Assembly: GCF_004010195.1 (NCBI RefSeq)
Contig: NC_057759.1
Span: forward strand, 1-64,000
DNA length: 64,000 bases
Direction: 5' to 3'
Source of the DNA: Chiloscyllium plagiosum
Taxonomy: Eukaryota
Shown: in pieces, positions 25,063 through 38,175 of the stretch
Numbering within the stretch: position 1 is the stretch's first letter
Layout of the letters: every line of letters begins with the position of its first letter
Made by a program: the position numbers and the translations under genes
The notes under the pieces: generated by a model
What the model was told of the DNA's origin: nothing
Databases searched by the model: none
Seen by the model: only the letters and a program-made list of their open reading frames with translations

Positions 25063-28000
25063 ATTTTCAGTTAAGGGTGAGCCCCAGTTGGGATTGTATC
25101 CCAGTTTAGGGTGAGGCCCAGTTTGCAATATGGCCCAGTTTAGGGTGAGGCCCAGTTTGGAATGTGACCCAGAAGAGGGTGAGGCCCAGTTTGGAATGTC
25201 ACCCAGAAGAGGGTGAGGCCCAGTTTGGATTGTGGCCCACGTAAGGGTGAGGCCCAGTTTGGAATTTGTCCAAGTTTAGTGTGAGATCCGTTTGGAATGT
25301 CACCCAGTTTAGGTTGAGGCCCAGTTTGGAATGTAGCCCAGTTTATGGTGAGGCCCATTTTGAAATATGGCCCCGTTTAGTTGAGGCCCAGTTTGGAATG
25401 TGGACTAGTTTATGGTGAGGCCCAGTTTGGAATATGGCCCCGTTTAGTTGTGGCCCAATTTGGAATGTCACCCAGTTAAGGGTGAGGCCCAGTTTGGAAT
25501 GTGGCCCAGTTTAGGGTGACGCCCAGTTTATGGTGAGGCCCAGTTTGGAATGTGGCCCCATTTAGTTGAGGCCCAGTTTGGAATGTGGCCCAGTTTAGTT
25601 GAGGCCCAGTTTGGAATGTGGTCCAGTTTATGGTGAGGCCCATTTTGGAATGTGGCCCCGTTCAGATGAGGCCCAGTTCGGAATGTGGCCCAGTTTAGTT
25701 GAGGCCCAGTTTGGAATGTGGCCCAGTTTATGGTGAGGCCCAGTTTGGAATGTCACCCAGTTAAGGGTGAGAGCCAGTTTGGAATGTGGCCCAGTTTCGG
25801 GTGAGACCTAGTTTGGAATGTGGCCCAGTTATGGGTGAGGCCCAGTTTGGAATGTGGCCCAGTTAAGGGTGAGGCCCAGTTTGGAACGTGGCCCAGTTTA
25901 GGGTGAACCACAGTTTGGAATGTGGCCCAGTTTAGGGTGAGGCCCAGCTTGGAATGTGTCCCAGTTTAGGGTGAGGCCAAGTTTGGAATGTGGCCCAGTT
26001 TAGGGTGAGACCCAGTTTGGAATGTGGCCCAGTTAAGGATGAGCCCCAGTTTGGAATGTCACCCAGTTAAGGGTGAGGATCAGTTTGGAATATGTCCCAG
26101 TTTAGCGTGAGGCCAAGTTTGGAATATGGCCCAGTTTAGGGTGAGGCGCAGCTGGGAATGTATCCCAGTTTAGAGTGAGCCACAGTTTGGAATGTGGCCC
26201 AGTTTAGGGTGAGGCCCAGTTTGGAATGTGGCCCGGTTTAGGGTGAGGCCCACTTTGCAATGTGGTCCAGTTTCGGGTGAGGCCCAGTTTGGAATGTGAC
26301 CCAGTTTCGGGTGTGGCCCAGTTTAGAATGTGACCCAGTTTGGAATGTGGCCCAGTTAAGTGTGAGGACCAGTTTAAAATGTGTCCCAGTTTAGGGTGAG
26401 GCCAAGTTTGGAATACGGCCCAGTTTAGGGTGAGGCGCAGCTGGGAATGTATCCCAGTTCAGAGTGAGCCACAGTTAGGAATGTGACCCAGTTTAGGGTG
26501 AGGCCCAGTTTGGAATGTGGCCCAGTTTAGGGTGAGACCCAGTTTGGAATGTTACCCAGTTTCGGATGAGGTCCAGTTTGGAATGTGACCCAGTATCGGA
26601 TGAGGTCCAGTTTGGAATGTGGCCCAGTTAAGGGTGAGGCCCAGTTTGGAATGTGGCTCAGTTTAGGGTGAGGCACAGTTTGGAATGTGACCCAGTTTAG
26701 GGTGAAGCCCAGTTTGGAATGTGACCCAGTTTAGGGTGAGGCCCACTTTGGAATGTGACCCAGTTTCGGGTGCGGTCCAGTTTCGAATGTGTCCCTGTTT
26801 AGGGTGAGGCCCAGTTTGGAATGTGATCCAGTTTCGGGTGAGGCCCAGTTTGGAATGTGACCCAGTTTAGGGTTAGCCGCATTTTGGAATGTGGCCCAGT
26901 TTAGGGTGAGGCCCAGTTTGGAATGTGTCCCAGTTTAGGGTGAGCCCCAGTTTGGAATGTGACCCAATTTAGTGTGAGTGCCAGTTTGGAATGTGACCCA
27001 GTTTAGGGTGCGGCCCAGTTTGGAATATGTCCCAGTTTAGGGTGAGGCCAAGTTTGGAATGTGGCCCAGTTTAGGGTGAGACCCAGTTTGGAATGTGGCC
27101 CAGTTAAGGCTGAGCCCCAGTTTGGAATGTCACCCAGTTAAGGGTGAGGATCAGTTTGGAATATGTCCCAGTTTACCGTGACGCCAAGTTTGGAATAGTT
27201 TAGGGTGAGGCGCAGCTGGGAATGTATCCCAGTTTAGAGTGAGCCACAGTTTGGAATGTGGCCCAGTTTAGGGTGAGGCCCACTTTGCAATGTGGTCCAG
27301 TTTGGAATGTCACCCAGGTAAGGGTGAGGTCCAGTTTGGAATGTTATCCAGTTTCGGATGAGGTCCAGTTTGGAATTTGACACAGTTTCGGATGAGGTCC
27401 AGATTGCAATGTGGCCCAGTTAAGGGTTAGGCCCAGTTTGGAATGTGACCCAGTTTAGGGTGAGGCCCAGTTTGGAATGTGACCCAGTTTCGGGTGAGGC
27501 CCAGTTTGGACTGTGACCCAGTTTGGAATGTGGCCCAGTTAAGTGTGAGGACCAGTTTGAAATGTGTCCCAGTTTAGGGTGAGACCCAGTTTGGAATGCG
27601 GCCCAGTAAAGGGTGAGGCACAGTTTGGAACGTGGCCCAGTTTTGGGTGAACCACAGTTTGGAATGTGGCCCAGTTTAGGGGGAGGCCCAGTTTGGAATG
27701 TGTCCCAGGTTAGGGTGAGGCCAAGTTTGGAATGTGGCCCAGTTTCGGATGAGGTCCAGTTTGGAATGTGACCCAGTTTTGGATGAGGTCCAGTTTGCAA
27801 TGTGGCCCAGTTTAGCGTGAGGCACAGTTTGGAATGTGACCCAGTTTAGGGTGAGGCCCAGTTAAGTGTGAGGACCAGTTTGAAATGTGTCCCAGTTTAG
27901 GGTGAGGCCAAGTTTGGAGTATGGCCCAGTTTAGAGTGAGGCGCAGCTGGGAATGTATCCCAGTTCAGAGTGAGTCACATGTTTGGAATGTGACCCAGTT

Positions 28001-30941
28001 TCAGGTGAGATCCAGTTTGGAATGTGACCCAGTTTCCGAGGAGGTCCAGTTTGGAATATGGCCCAGTTAAAGGTGAGGCCCAGATTGGAATGTGGCCCAG
28101 TTTAGGGTGAGGCCCAGTTTGGAATGTGACCCAGTTTAGGGTGAGGCCCAGTTTGGAATGTGACCCAGTTTCGGGTGCGGTCCAGTTTCGAATGTGTCCC
28201 TGTTTAGGGTGAGGCCCAGTTTGGAATGTGACCCGGTTTCGGGTGAGGCCCAGTTTGGAATGTGACTCAGTTTAGGGTTAGCCTCATTTTGGAATGTGGC
28301 CCAGTTTAGGGTGAGGCCCAGTTTGGAATGTGTCCCAGTTTAGGGTGAGCCCCAGTTTGGAATGTGGCCCAGATTCGGGTGAGGTCCAGTTTGGAATGTG
28401 GCCCGGTTTAGGGTGAGGCGCAGTTTGGAATGTGGCCCAGTTTAGGGTGAGACCCAGTTTGGAATGTGGCAGAGTTATGGGTGAGGCCCAGTTTGGAATG
28501 TGGACCAGTTAAGGGTTAGGCCCAGTTTGGAACGTGGCCCAGTTTAGGGTGAACCACAGTTTGGAATGTGGCCCAGTTTAGGGGTAGGCCCAGTTTGGAA
28601 TGTGTCCCAGTTTAGGGTGAGGCCAAGTTTGGAATGTGGCCCAGTTTAGGGTGAGACCCAGTTTGGAATGTGGCCCAGTTAAGGAATAGCCCCAGTTTGG
28701 AATGTCACCCAGTTAAGGGTGAGGACCAGTTTGGAATATGTCCCGGTTTAGCATGAGGCCAAGTTTGGAATATGGCCCAGTTTAGGGTGAGGGGCAGCTG
28801 GGAATGTATCCCAGTTTAGAGTGAGCCACAGTTTGGAATGTGGCCCAGTTTAGGGTGAGGCCCAGTTTGGAATGTGGCCCAGTTTAGGGTGAGGCCCACT
28901 TTGCAATGTGGTCCAGTTTGGAATGTCACCCAGGTAAGGGTGAGGCCCAGTTTGGAATGTTATCCAGTTTCAGATGAGGTTCAGTTTGGAATGTGACTCA
29001 GTTTCGAATGAGGTGGTGTTTGCAATGTGGCCCAGTTAAGGGTGAGGCCCAATTTGGAATGTGGCCCAGTTAAGTGTGAGGACCAGTTTGAAATGTGGCT
29101 CAGTTTCGGATGAGGTCCAGTTTGCAATGTGGCCCAGTTAAGGGTGAGGCCCAGTTTGGAGTGTGGCCCAGTTTAGAGTGAGTGCCAGTTTGGAATGTGA
29201 CCCAGTTTAGGGTGAGGCCCAGTTTGGAATGTGACCCAGTTTCGGGTGAGGCCCAGTTTGGAATGTGACCCAGTTTCAGGTGAGATCCAGTTTGGAATGT
29301 CACCCAGTTTAGGGTGAGGACCAGTTTGGATTGTGTCCCAGTTTAGCGTGAGGCCAAGTTTGGAATATGGCCCAGTTTAGTGTGAGGCGCAGCTGGGAAT
29401 GTATCCCAGTTTAGAGTGAGACACAGTTTGGAATGTGACCCAGTTTAGGGTGAGGCCCAGTTTGGAATGTGGCCCAGTTCAGGGTGAGACCCAGTTTGGA
29501 ATGTCACCCAGGTAAGGGTGAGGCCCAGTTTGGAATGTTACCCAGTTAAGGGTGAGGACCAGTTTGGAATATGTCCCAGTTTAGCGTGAGGCCAAGTTTG
29601 GAATATGGCCCAGTTTAGGGTGAGGCGCAGCTGGGAATGTATCCCAGTTTAGAGTGAGCCACAGTTTGGAATGTGACCCAGTTTAGGGTGAGGCCCAGTT
29701 TGGAATGTGACCCAGTTTCGGGTGAGGCCCAGTTTGGAATGTGACCCAGTTTCAGGTGAGATCCAGTTTGGAATGTGACCCAGTTTCGGATGAGGTCCAG
29801 TTTGAAATGTCACCCAGTTTAGGGTGAGGACCAGTTTGGAATGTGTCCCAGTTTAGCGTGAGGCCAAGTTTGGAATATAGCCCAGTTTAGTGTGAGGCGC
29901 AGCTGGGAATGTATCCCAGTTTAGAGTGAGCCACAGTTTGGAATGTGACCCAGTTTAGGGTGAGGCCCAGTTTGGAATATGGCCCAGTTTAGGGTGAGAC
30001 CCAGTTTGGAATGTGGCCCGGTTTAGGGTGAGGCCCAGTTTGGAATGTCGCCCAGTTTAGGGTGAGACCCAGTTTGGAATGTGCCAAGTTATGGGTGAGG
30101 CCCAGTTTGGAATGTGGCCCAGTTAAGTGTTAGGCCCAGTTTGGAACGTGGCCCAGTTTAGGGTGAACCACAGTTTGGAATGTGGCCCAGTTTAGGAGTA
30201 GGCCCAGTTTGGAATGTGTCCCAGTTTAGGGTGAGGCCAAGTTTGGAATGTGCCCAGTTTAGGGTGAGACCCAGTTTGGAATGTGGCCCAGTTTAGGAAT
30301 AGCCCCAGTTTGGAATGTCACCCAGTTAAGGGTGAGGACCAGTTTGGAATATGTCCCAGTTTCGCGTGAGGCCAGTTTGGAATATGGCCCAGTTTAGGGT
30401 GAGGGGCAGCTGGGAATGTATCCCAGTTTAGAGTGAGCCACNNNNNNNNNNNNNNNNNNNNNNNNNNNNNNNNNNNNNNNNNNNNNNNNNNNNNNNNNNN
30501 NNNNNNNNNNNNNNNNNNNNNNNNNNNNNNNNNNNNNNNNNNNNNNNNNNNNNNNNNNNNNNNNNNNNNNNNNNNNNNNNNNNNNNNNNNNNNNNNNNNN
30601 NNNNNNNNNNNNNNNNNNNNNNNNNNNNNNNNNNNNNNNNNNNNNNNNNNNNNNNNNNNNNNNNNNNNNNNNNNNNNNNNNNNNNNNNNNNNNNNNNNNN
30701 NNNNNNNNNNNNNNNNNNNNNNNNNNNNNNNNNNNNNNNNNNNNNNNNNNNNNNNNNNNNNNNNNNNNNNNNNNNNNNNNNNNNNNNNNNNNNNNNNNNN
30801 NNNNNNNNNNNNNNNNNNNNNNNNNNNNNNNNNNNNNNNNNNNNNNNNNNNNNNNNNNNNNNNNNNNNNNNNNNNNNNNNNNNNNNNNNNNNNNNNNNNN
30901 NNNNNNNNNNNNNNNNNNNNNNNNNNNNNNNNNNNNNNNNN

Positions 30942-33900
30942 CAGGGAAAAAGCAGAGAACAAGGTAGGACTGATCAATTAAACTGCATTTATTTCAATGC
31001 AAGCGGTCCAACAGGGAAGGTAGATGAACTCAGGGCATGGTTAGGAACATGGGACAGGCATATCAAAGCAATTACAAAAAATGGCTCAGGGATGGACAGG
31101 ACTGGCAGCTTAACATTCCAGGAAACAAATTCCACAGGAAGGACAGAAAGGTAGGCAAGAGAGGAGGGGGGAGTGGTGTTTTTAATAAGGGATAGCATTA
31201 CAGCTCTACTGAGGGAGAATATTCCCAGAAATGCATCCAGGGAAGTTATTTGGGTGGAACTGAGAAATAAGAAAGGGATGATCACCTTCTTGGAATTATT
31301 TTATAGACCCCCCCCCCCCCCCCCCCCCTAATAGTCAGAGGGAAATTAAGAAACAAACTTGCCAGGAGATCTCGGTTATCTGTAAGAATAATAGGGTGGT
31401 TATGGTAGGGGATTTTAACTTTCCAGACCTAGATTGGGACTGCCATAGTGTTAAGGGTTTAGATGGAGAGGAACTTGTTAAGTGTTTAAAAGAAAAATTT
31501 CTGAATCAGTATATGGATGTACCTACGAGAGAAGTTGCAAACCTTGACCTACTCTTGGGAAATAAGGAAGGGCAGGTGACTGAGGTGTCAGTGGGGGAGC
31601 ACCTTGGGGCCAGCAACCATAATTCTATTAGTTTTGAAACAGCGATGGAAAAGGACAGGCCAGATTTAAAAGTTGAAGTTCTAAATTGGAGAAAGGCTAA
31701 TTTTGATGGTATTAGGCAAGAACTTTCAAAAGCTGACTGGGGGCAGATGTCCACAGGTAAAGGGATGGCTGGAAAATGGGAAGACTTCAGAAATGAGATA
31801 ACAGGAGTGCAGGGAAAGTATATTCCTGTTAGGGTGAAAGGGAAGGCTGGTAGGTATAGGGGATGCTGGATGAACTGAGAAATATGAAAGAGATGATCTC
31901 CTTATTGGGATTGTATTGTAGACCCCCTAAGAGTCAGAGGGAAATTGAGAAACAAACTTGTAAGGAGATCTCAGCTATCTGTTAGAATAACAGGGTAGTT
32001 ATGGTTGAGGATTTTAACTTTCCAAACATCGACTGGGACTGCCATAGTGTTAAGGGTTTAGATGGAGAGGAATTCCTTAAGTGTATACAAGACAATTTTC
32101 TGATTCAGTATGTGGATGTATCTACAAGAGAAGGTGCTAAACTTGACCTACTCTTGGTAAATAAGGCAGGGCAGGTAAGAGAGGTGTCAGTGGGGGAGCA
32201 CTTTAGGGCCAGCGACCATAATTCTATTTGTTTTAAAATAGTGATGGAAAAGGATAGACCAGATCTAAAAGTTGAAGTTCTAAATTGGAGAAAGGCCAAG
32301 TTTGACGGTATTAGGCAAGAACTTTCGATAGATGATTGGAGGCAGATGTTCGCAGGTAAGGGGACGGCTGGAGAATGGGAAGCCTTCAGAAATGAGATAA
32401 CAAGAATCCAGAGAAAGTACATTCCTGTCAGGGTGAAAGGGAAAGCTTGTAGGTATAGGGAATGCTGGATGACTAAAGAAATTGAGGGTTTGGTTCAGAA
32501 AAAGAAGGAAGCATATATCAGGTATAGACAGGATAGATCGAGTGAATTATTAGAAGACTTTAAAGGAAGTAGGAGTATACTTAAGAGGGAAATCAGGAGG
32601 GCAAAAAGGGACATGAGATAGCATTGGCAAATAGAATTGAGAATCCAAAGGGTTTTTACAAATATATTAAGGAAAAAAGGGTAACTAGGGAGAGAATAGG
32701 GCCCCTCAAAGATCAGCAAGGCGGCCTTTGTGTGGAGTCACAGAAAATGGGGGAGATACTAAATGAATATTTTGCATCAGTATGTACTGTGGAAAAGGAT
32801 ATGGAAGATATAGACTGTAGGGAAATAGATGGTGACGTCTTGCAAAATATGCAGATTACAGAGGAGGAAGTGCTGGATGTCTTGAAACGGTTAAAGGTGG
32901 ATAAATCCCCAGGGCCTGATCAGGTGTATCCGAGAACTCTGTGGGAAGCTAGAGAAGTGATTACGGGGCCTCTTGCTGAGATATTTGTATTATCGATAGT
33001 CATAGATGAGGTGCTGGAAGTCTGGAGGTTGGCAAATGTGGTGCCACTCTTTAAGAAGGGTGGTAAAGACAAACCAGAGAACTATAGACTGGTGAGCCTG
33101 ACCTCAGTGGTGGGCAAGTTGTTGGAGGGAATCCTGAGGGAAAAGAAGGGCCTGTGCCCGAAACGTCGAATCTCCTGTTCCCTGGATGCTGCGTGATCTA
33201 TATTGACTTCAGTATGGTGTTTGACAAGGTTCCCCATGGGAGACTGATTAGCAAGGTTAGATCTCATGGAATACAGGGAGAACTAGCCATTTGGATACAG
33301 AACTGGCTGAAAGGTAGAAGACAGAGGATGGTGGTGGAGGGTTGTTTTTCAGACTGGAGGCTTGTGACCAGTGGAGTGCCACAAGGATCGGTTCTACTTT
33401 TTGTCATTTACACAAATGATTTGGATGCGAGCATAAGAGGTACAGTTAGTAAGTTTGCAGATGACAACAAATTTGGAGGTGTAGTGGACAGCGAAGAGGG
33501 TTACCTCAGATTACAACAGGATCTTGACCAGATGGGCCAATGGGCTGGGAAGTGGCAGATGGAGATTAATTCAGGTAAATGCGAGGTGCTGCATTTTGGG
33601 AAAACAAATTTTATCAGGACTTATACATTTAATGGTAAGGTCCTAGGGAGTGTTGCTGAACAAAGAGACCTTGGAGTGCAGGTTCATAGCTCCTTGAAAG
33701 TGCAGTCACAGGTAGATAGGATAGTGAAGAAGGCGTCTGGTACGCTTTCCATTATTGGTCAGAGTATTGAGTACAGGAGTTGGGACGTCATGTTGCGGCT
33801 GTACAGGACATTGATTAGGCCACTGTTGGAATATTGCATGCAATTCTGGTCTCCTTCCTATTGGAAAGATGTTGTGAAACTTGAAAGGGTTCAGAAAAGA

Positions 33901-34082
33901 TTTACAAGGATGTTGCCAAGGTTGGAAGATCTGAACTACAGGGAGAAGCTGAACAGGCTGGGGCTGTTTTCTCTGGAACGTCAGAGGCTGAGGGGTGACC
34001 TTACAGAGGTTTACAAAATTTTGAAGGGCATGGATAGGATAAATACACAAAGTCTTTTCCCTGAGGTTGGAGAGTCCAGCAT
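30942..34082 (+). mobile_element. CR1-clade LINE ORF2 with tandem duplication of the endonuclease region
   Basis: Two successive GDFNFP..(S)DHN..RWCW-type segments (31396-31878 and 32001-32621), then RT (GVPQGSV, KFADD, LEYCMQFWSP). Confidence 0.93.
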
Positions 34083-34334
34083 GGTTACATATTTCCTGTT
34101 CGGGGAGAGAGTCTAGGATCTGTTGTATCACTGAGATATTTAGTTTCAATTTGTACCAAGATATTGTTGGTGTTTTTTTTTGTGAAAGAGTTTTATTCCG
34201 CATGTCAGTCCATTTCTGTCTGATAATTTTCATTCCAATATGCAACACAACAGCATGTCATCTCCTTTCTCATCAAAATCAGAATCACTGATATGGTACA
34301 GCTCAGAAGCAGACCATTCAGCCTATTGTGTCTC

Positions 34335-35752
34335 TTATGCAGGCCAGGCCTCTAGAAATTCTCTGGCATGTCTTTGCTTAGCCTGTCCCAGGATAGATGT
34401 GTTGTCCCAGTCGAAATGGTGTTTTTTCTCATCCATGTGTAGGGCTATGAGGGAGAGAGGGTCGTGTCTTTTTGTGGTTAGCTGGTATTTGTGTATCCTG
34501 GTGGCTAACTTTCTTCCTGTTTGTCCTACAAACGGTTTGTGGCAGTCCTTGCATGGAATTTTGCAGATGACGTTGGTTTTGTCCATGGGTTGTACTGGGT
34601 CTTTTAAGTTTGTTAGTTTTTAGATTAGATTACATTACAGTGTGGAAACAGGCCCTTCGGCCCAACAAGTCCACACCGACCCGCCGAAGCGAAATCCACC
34701 CATACCCCTATATTTACCCCTTACCTAACACTACGGGCAATTTAGCATGGCCAATTCACCTGACCCTGCACATCTTTTGGACTGTGGGAGGAAACCGGAG
34801 CACCCGGAGGAAACCCACGCAGACACGGGGAGAACGTGCAAACTCCACACAGTCAGTCGCCTGAGGCGGGAATTGAACCCGGGTCTCAGGCGCTGTGAGG
34901 CAGCAGTGCTAACCACTGTGCCACCGTGCCGCCCACGGTGTTTGAGAGTGTTGGTGGGTTTGTGTGCTACTAGGATTCTGAGGGGTCTTAGTAGTCTGGC
35001 TGTCATTTCTGAAACTTCTTTGATGTTTGGTAAGGTGGTTAGGGTTTCTGGCTGTGTTTTGTCTGCTTGTTGTGGTTTGTTCTTGAGGAATCTGCGCACT
35101 GTATTTTTTGAGTATCCTTTCTTCTTGAATACTTCGTATAAGTGGTTCTCCTCTGTTTTCCGAAGTTCGTCTGTGCTGCAGTGTGTGGTGGCTCGTTGGA
35201 ATAGTGTTCTGTTACAGCTTTGTTTCTGTGTGTTGGGATGGTTGCTGGTGTAGTTGAGTATTTAGTCAGTGTTTGTCGGTTTTCTGTATACACAGGTTTG
35301 TAGTTCTCCGTTGTCCTTTTTTTTCTACTATGATGTCCAGGAATGCGAGTTTGTTGTCGGTTTCTTCCTCCTTGGTGAACTTTATACCTGTGAGGGTGTT
35401 GTTGATGATGTTAAATGCCTCTTCTATATTGTTTCGTTTTGTGATGACAAAGGTGTCATCTACATAGCGGACCCAGATTTTTGGTTTGATGATTGGTAGG
35501 GCTGTTTGTTCTAGTCTTTGCATCACTGCTTCTGCTGTGAATTCTGATAGCGGAGATCCCATGGGTGTGCCATTGGTTTGTTTGTAGACGATGTTGTTGA
35601 AAGTGAAGTGGGTGGTGAGGCACAGGTCCACCAGCTTCATGATGTTTTCGTTGGTAATGTGATTGATGGTGGTTGGTGTGTGTGTGATGGCCTCTTCTAA
35701 AAGTCTGGTAAGTGTTTCCTTTGCCAGGTCGATGTTGATGGAGGTGAACATC
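34335..35752 (-). mobile_element. Penelope-like element (RT plus GIY-YIG endonuclease), split by a SINE
   Basis: YKQTNGTPMGSPLS, WVRYVDDTF, LAFLDI; GIY-YIG-like NVICKIPCKDCHKPFVGQTGRKLATRIHK..REFLEAW. Confidence 0.92.
34620..34936 (-). mobile_element. HE1-type SINE
   Basis: Near-identical full-length copy. Confidence 0.9.
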
Positions 35753-37619
35753 TGTGCTGTCGGCCTCTCCCTCTCTGACAAAGGATCTGTAGGTAGAAAT
35801 AATTTTGAATGTAACATTTTCTGTTACTTGCAATGTCAATGGAACTGCAAGGCGGTTAGACATTGTAACAGGTGTCAGGATGGTGTATGTTTTGAAACTC
35901 ATCATAAGTCACAGAGAGATAGACAGTGTGTGCGTGTGTGTGTGTGGCGGGGGGGGGGGGCAACATTTGGTTACGTACCTACACAGTAATCATTCTATGT
36001 CAGGCTTTGACAGAGAATGTGCATTTGGAATTCATATTATTTGATTGCTGTGTCTATATACATGACAAAAGATTCCTGAGAGCTGTAATGTTTCCTTCAA
36101 TATAAATTTGTACTCTATTTATTTTACATATGGTTGCCCAAAGTAATCGTATCAGCTATTGTCACCTTGATTGTAACATTATAAAGATTGGTGGACCTGT
36201 GGGTAGTGTAGAAGCTTGTTAAAGGATACAGCAGGATATGGCCTGAAAAAAATATGGCAGGTTGAGTTTAATCTGGCAAAGTGTAAGATGCTGGACTTTG
36301 GGAGATCAAATTTTAAGTGAAGGTTATACAGTAAATGGCTGGACTCTGAAAGTAGTTGATGTACAGAAGGATCTTGGGGTTCAAGTCTCTAGCTCCCTGA
36401 AAGTGGCCATGCAAGTAGATAGGGTGGTATCTCGAAGAAGGTGTCTGGCATGCCTGCCTTATTGATTGGGACATTGAGTACAAAGGTCAGGATGTCATAT
36501 TGCAGCTTTATATGACTTCAGTTAGATCATACTCAGAGTATTGTGACAAAAGATTAATTCTGTCCTTCTCAGATACTGATAGCTGAAATGTTTCCTTCAA
36601 TATCTGTACTCACGATCTACTTCATATACGGTTGTTCAAACTAACAGCATCGTCTATTTGTTAACCTTTATTGTAACGTGAAAGTATCCTTCAAAAAGTT
36701 CAGAATCCATGAGAACAGCCTCAAATTGGATTTCTGTCACATGAACCACTCTTTCTCTCACACCCATACACACATTCATGCAGACCCTCTCTCATCCACA
36801 CACCTCCCCTCATACACATACGCACACCCCCCCCACACTCTCACCCATGCACACACCCAACCTCAAGCTGACACCATCACACTCATACATACACTTTATG
36901 AAGCATGCGCACACAAACACTTTCACATATGCACTCACACGCTCGCTTTTTCACACACACACACACATCTATGGGGTGAATTTGCAGATACATTCTATTT
37001 TGCTCAAAAAAAGCACAATCTGCAGGCAGTCAGTCCATGTAATATTTTATATATTCCTACTTTGGCAATAGAACCAGTCTGACTCAAGATTGTGATACAG
37101 ACCGACTCTAACCTCACACATTTAATACATTGTTTGAGTTGAGATGTCACCCTTTTTAAAATAAAACTTGATGTCATCTTGAGAATGTGACTTAAAAGAA
37201 GTTCTGGAATGTATATATTAATGAACTGAAACCTGCAACCCATTCTAAAAGATGAAAGACTTTACAATCCAGATTTGTTCAATATATCATTTTAGTTGCA
37301 CGACACTGTAATCTTTTGCAATAGATTCTGTGTCTCATGATCCTGTTTCACAGCTACCTGATAAAGGAACAGCGCTCTGAAAGCTAGTACTTCCAAATGA
37401 ACCTGCTGGACTATAATCTGATGTTGCGTGATTTTTCAATTGTGGTCGCCACATTACAGGAAGGACGTGGAGGATTTAGAGAGGGTGCAGAAGAGGTTTG
37501 CCAGATTGTTGTCTAGAGGGTATGAGCTATAAAGAGAAGCTAGAAAAACCTGGGTAGTTTTCTTCTGAGCTGCAGAGGCTGAAGGCAGACTTAACAGAAG
37601 TCTATAAAATTTTTGACAA

Positions 37620-38175
37620 GAGTTGTAGCTCAGGTTGAGGTTCTGGATCCAGGTTTTCTTGCTGGGCTAGAAGTTCCGTTTTCAGATGTTTTGTCACCGT
37701 TCTAGGTAACAATATCAGTGAGCCTCCGGGTGAAGCACTGGTGGTATGGCCCGCTTTCTATTTATGCGTCCACTACATTGGGCAAACAGGCAGAAAACCC
37801 ACCACAACTAGCCACAAAAAGACATGACCCACTCTCACTAGCATCTTTACATACAGATGAGGAAGGACACCACTTAGACTGGGAAAACACATCCATCCTT
37901 GGAAAGGCCAAACAGAGACACACATGAGAATTCCTAGAAGCATGGTATTCCAACCAGAATTCCATCAACAAACACATTGACTTGGATCCAATTTACCAGC
38001 CCCTGAGAAAATGAACAGGCAATGCCATCACCAACCCAAGGAAACCTACACATAAATAGAAAGTGGACCATACCACCAGTGATTCATCCAGAGGCTCACT
38101 GATGATGTTACCTAGTGTGGTGATGCAACTTTTGAAAACAAACCTTCCAGTTCAGCCAGCAAACTTATATCCAGA
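37620..38175 (+). mobile_element. Penelope-like 3' fragment with inverted terminal repeat, inserted in a CR1 fragment
   Basis: QLATKRHDPLSLASLHTDEEGHHLDWENTSILGKAKQRH, matching the 34335 element; ends are inverted copies; agaagtctataaaatt occurs on both sides. Confidence 0.75.

Larger units (their letters stand above)
15436..30441 (+). repeat. ~15 kb tandem satellite; 34-bp dimer of 17-bp monomers GGCCCAGTTTAGGGTGA / GGCCCAGTTTGGAATGT
   Basis: Hundreds of directly visible units; interrupted by TE insertions; runs into the N-gap at 30442. Confidence 0.97.

Noticed and set aside
15703..30977. ORFs inside the satellite (GPHPKLG-type repeats) and a possible CRISPR-like array
   Set aside because: Translations of tandem repeats; no unique spacers, no cas genes, eukaryotic context
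36678..37082. His/Thr-rich ORFs
   Set aside because: CA-rich low-complexity part of a repeat fragment
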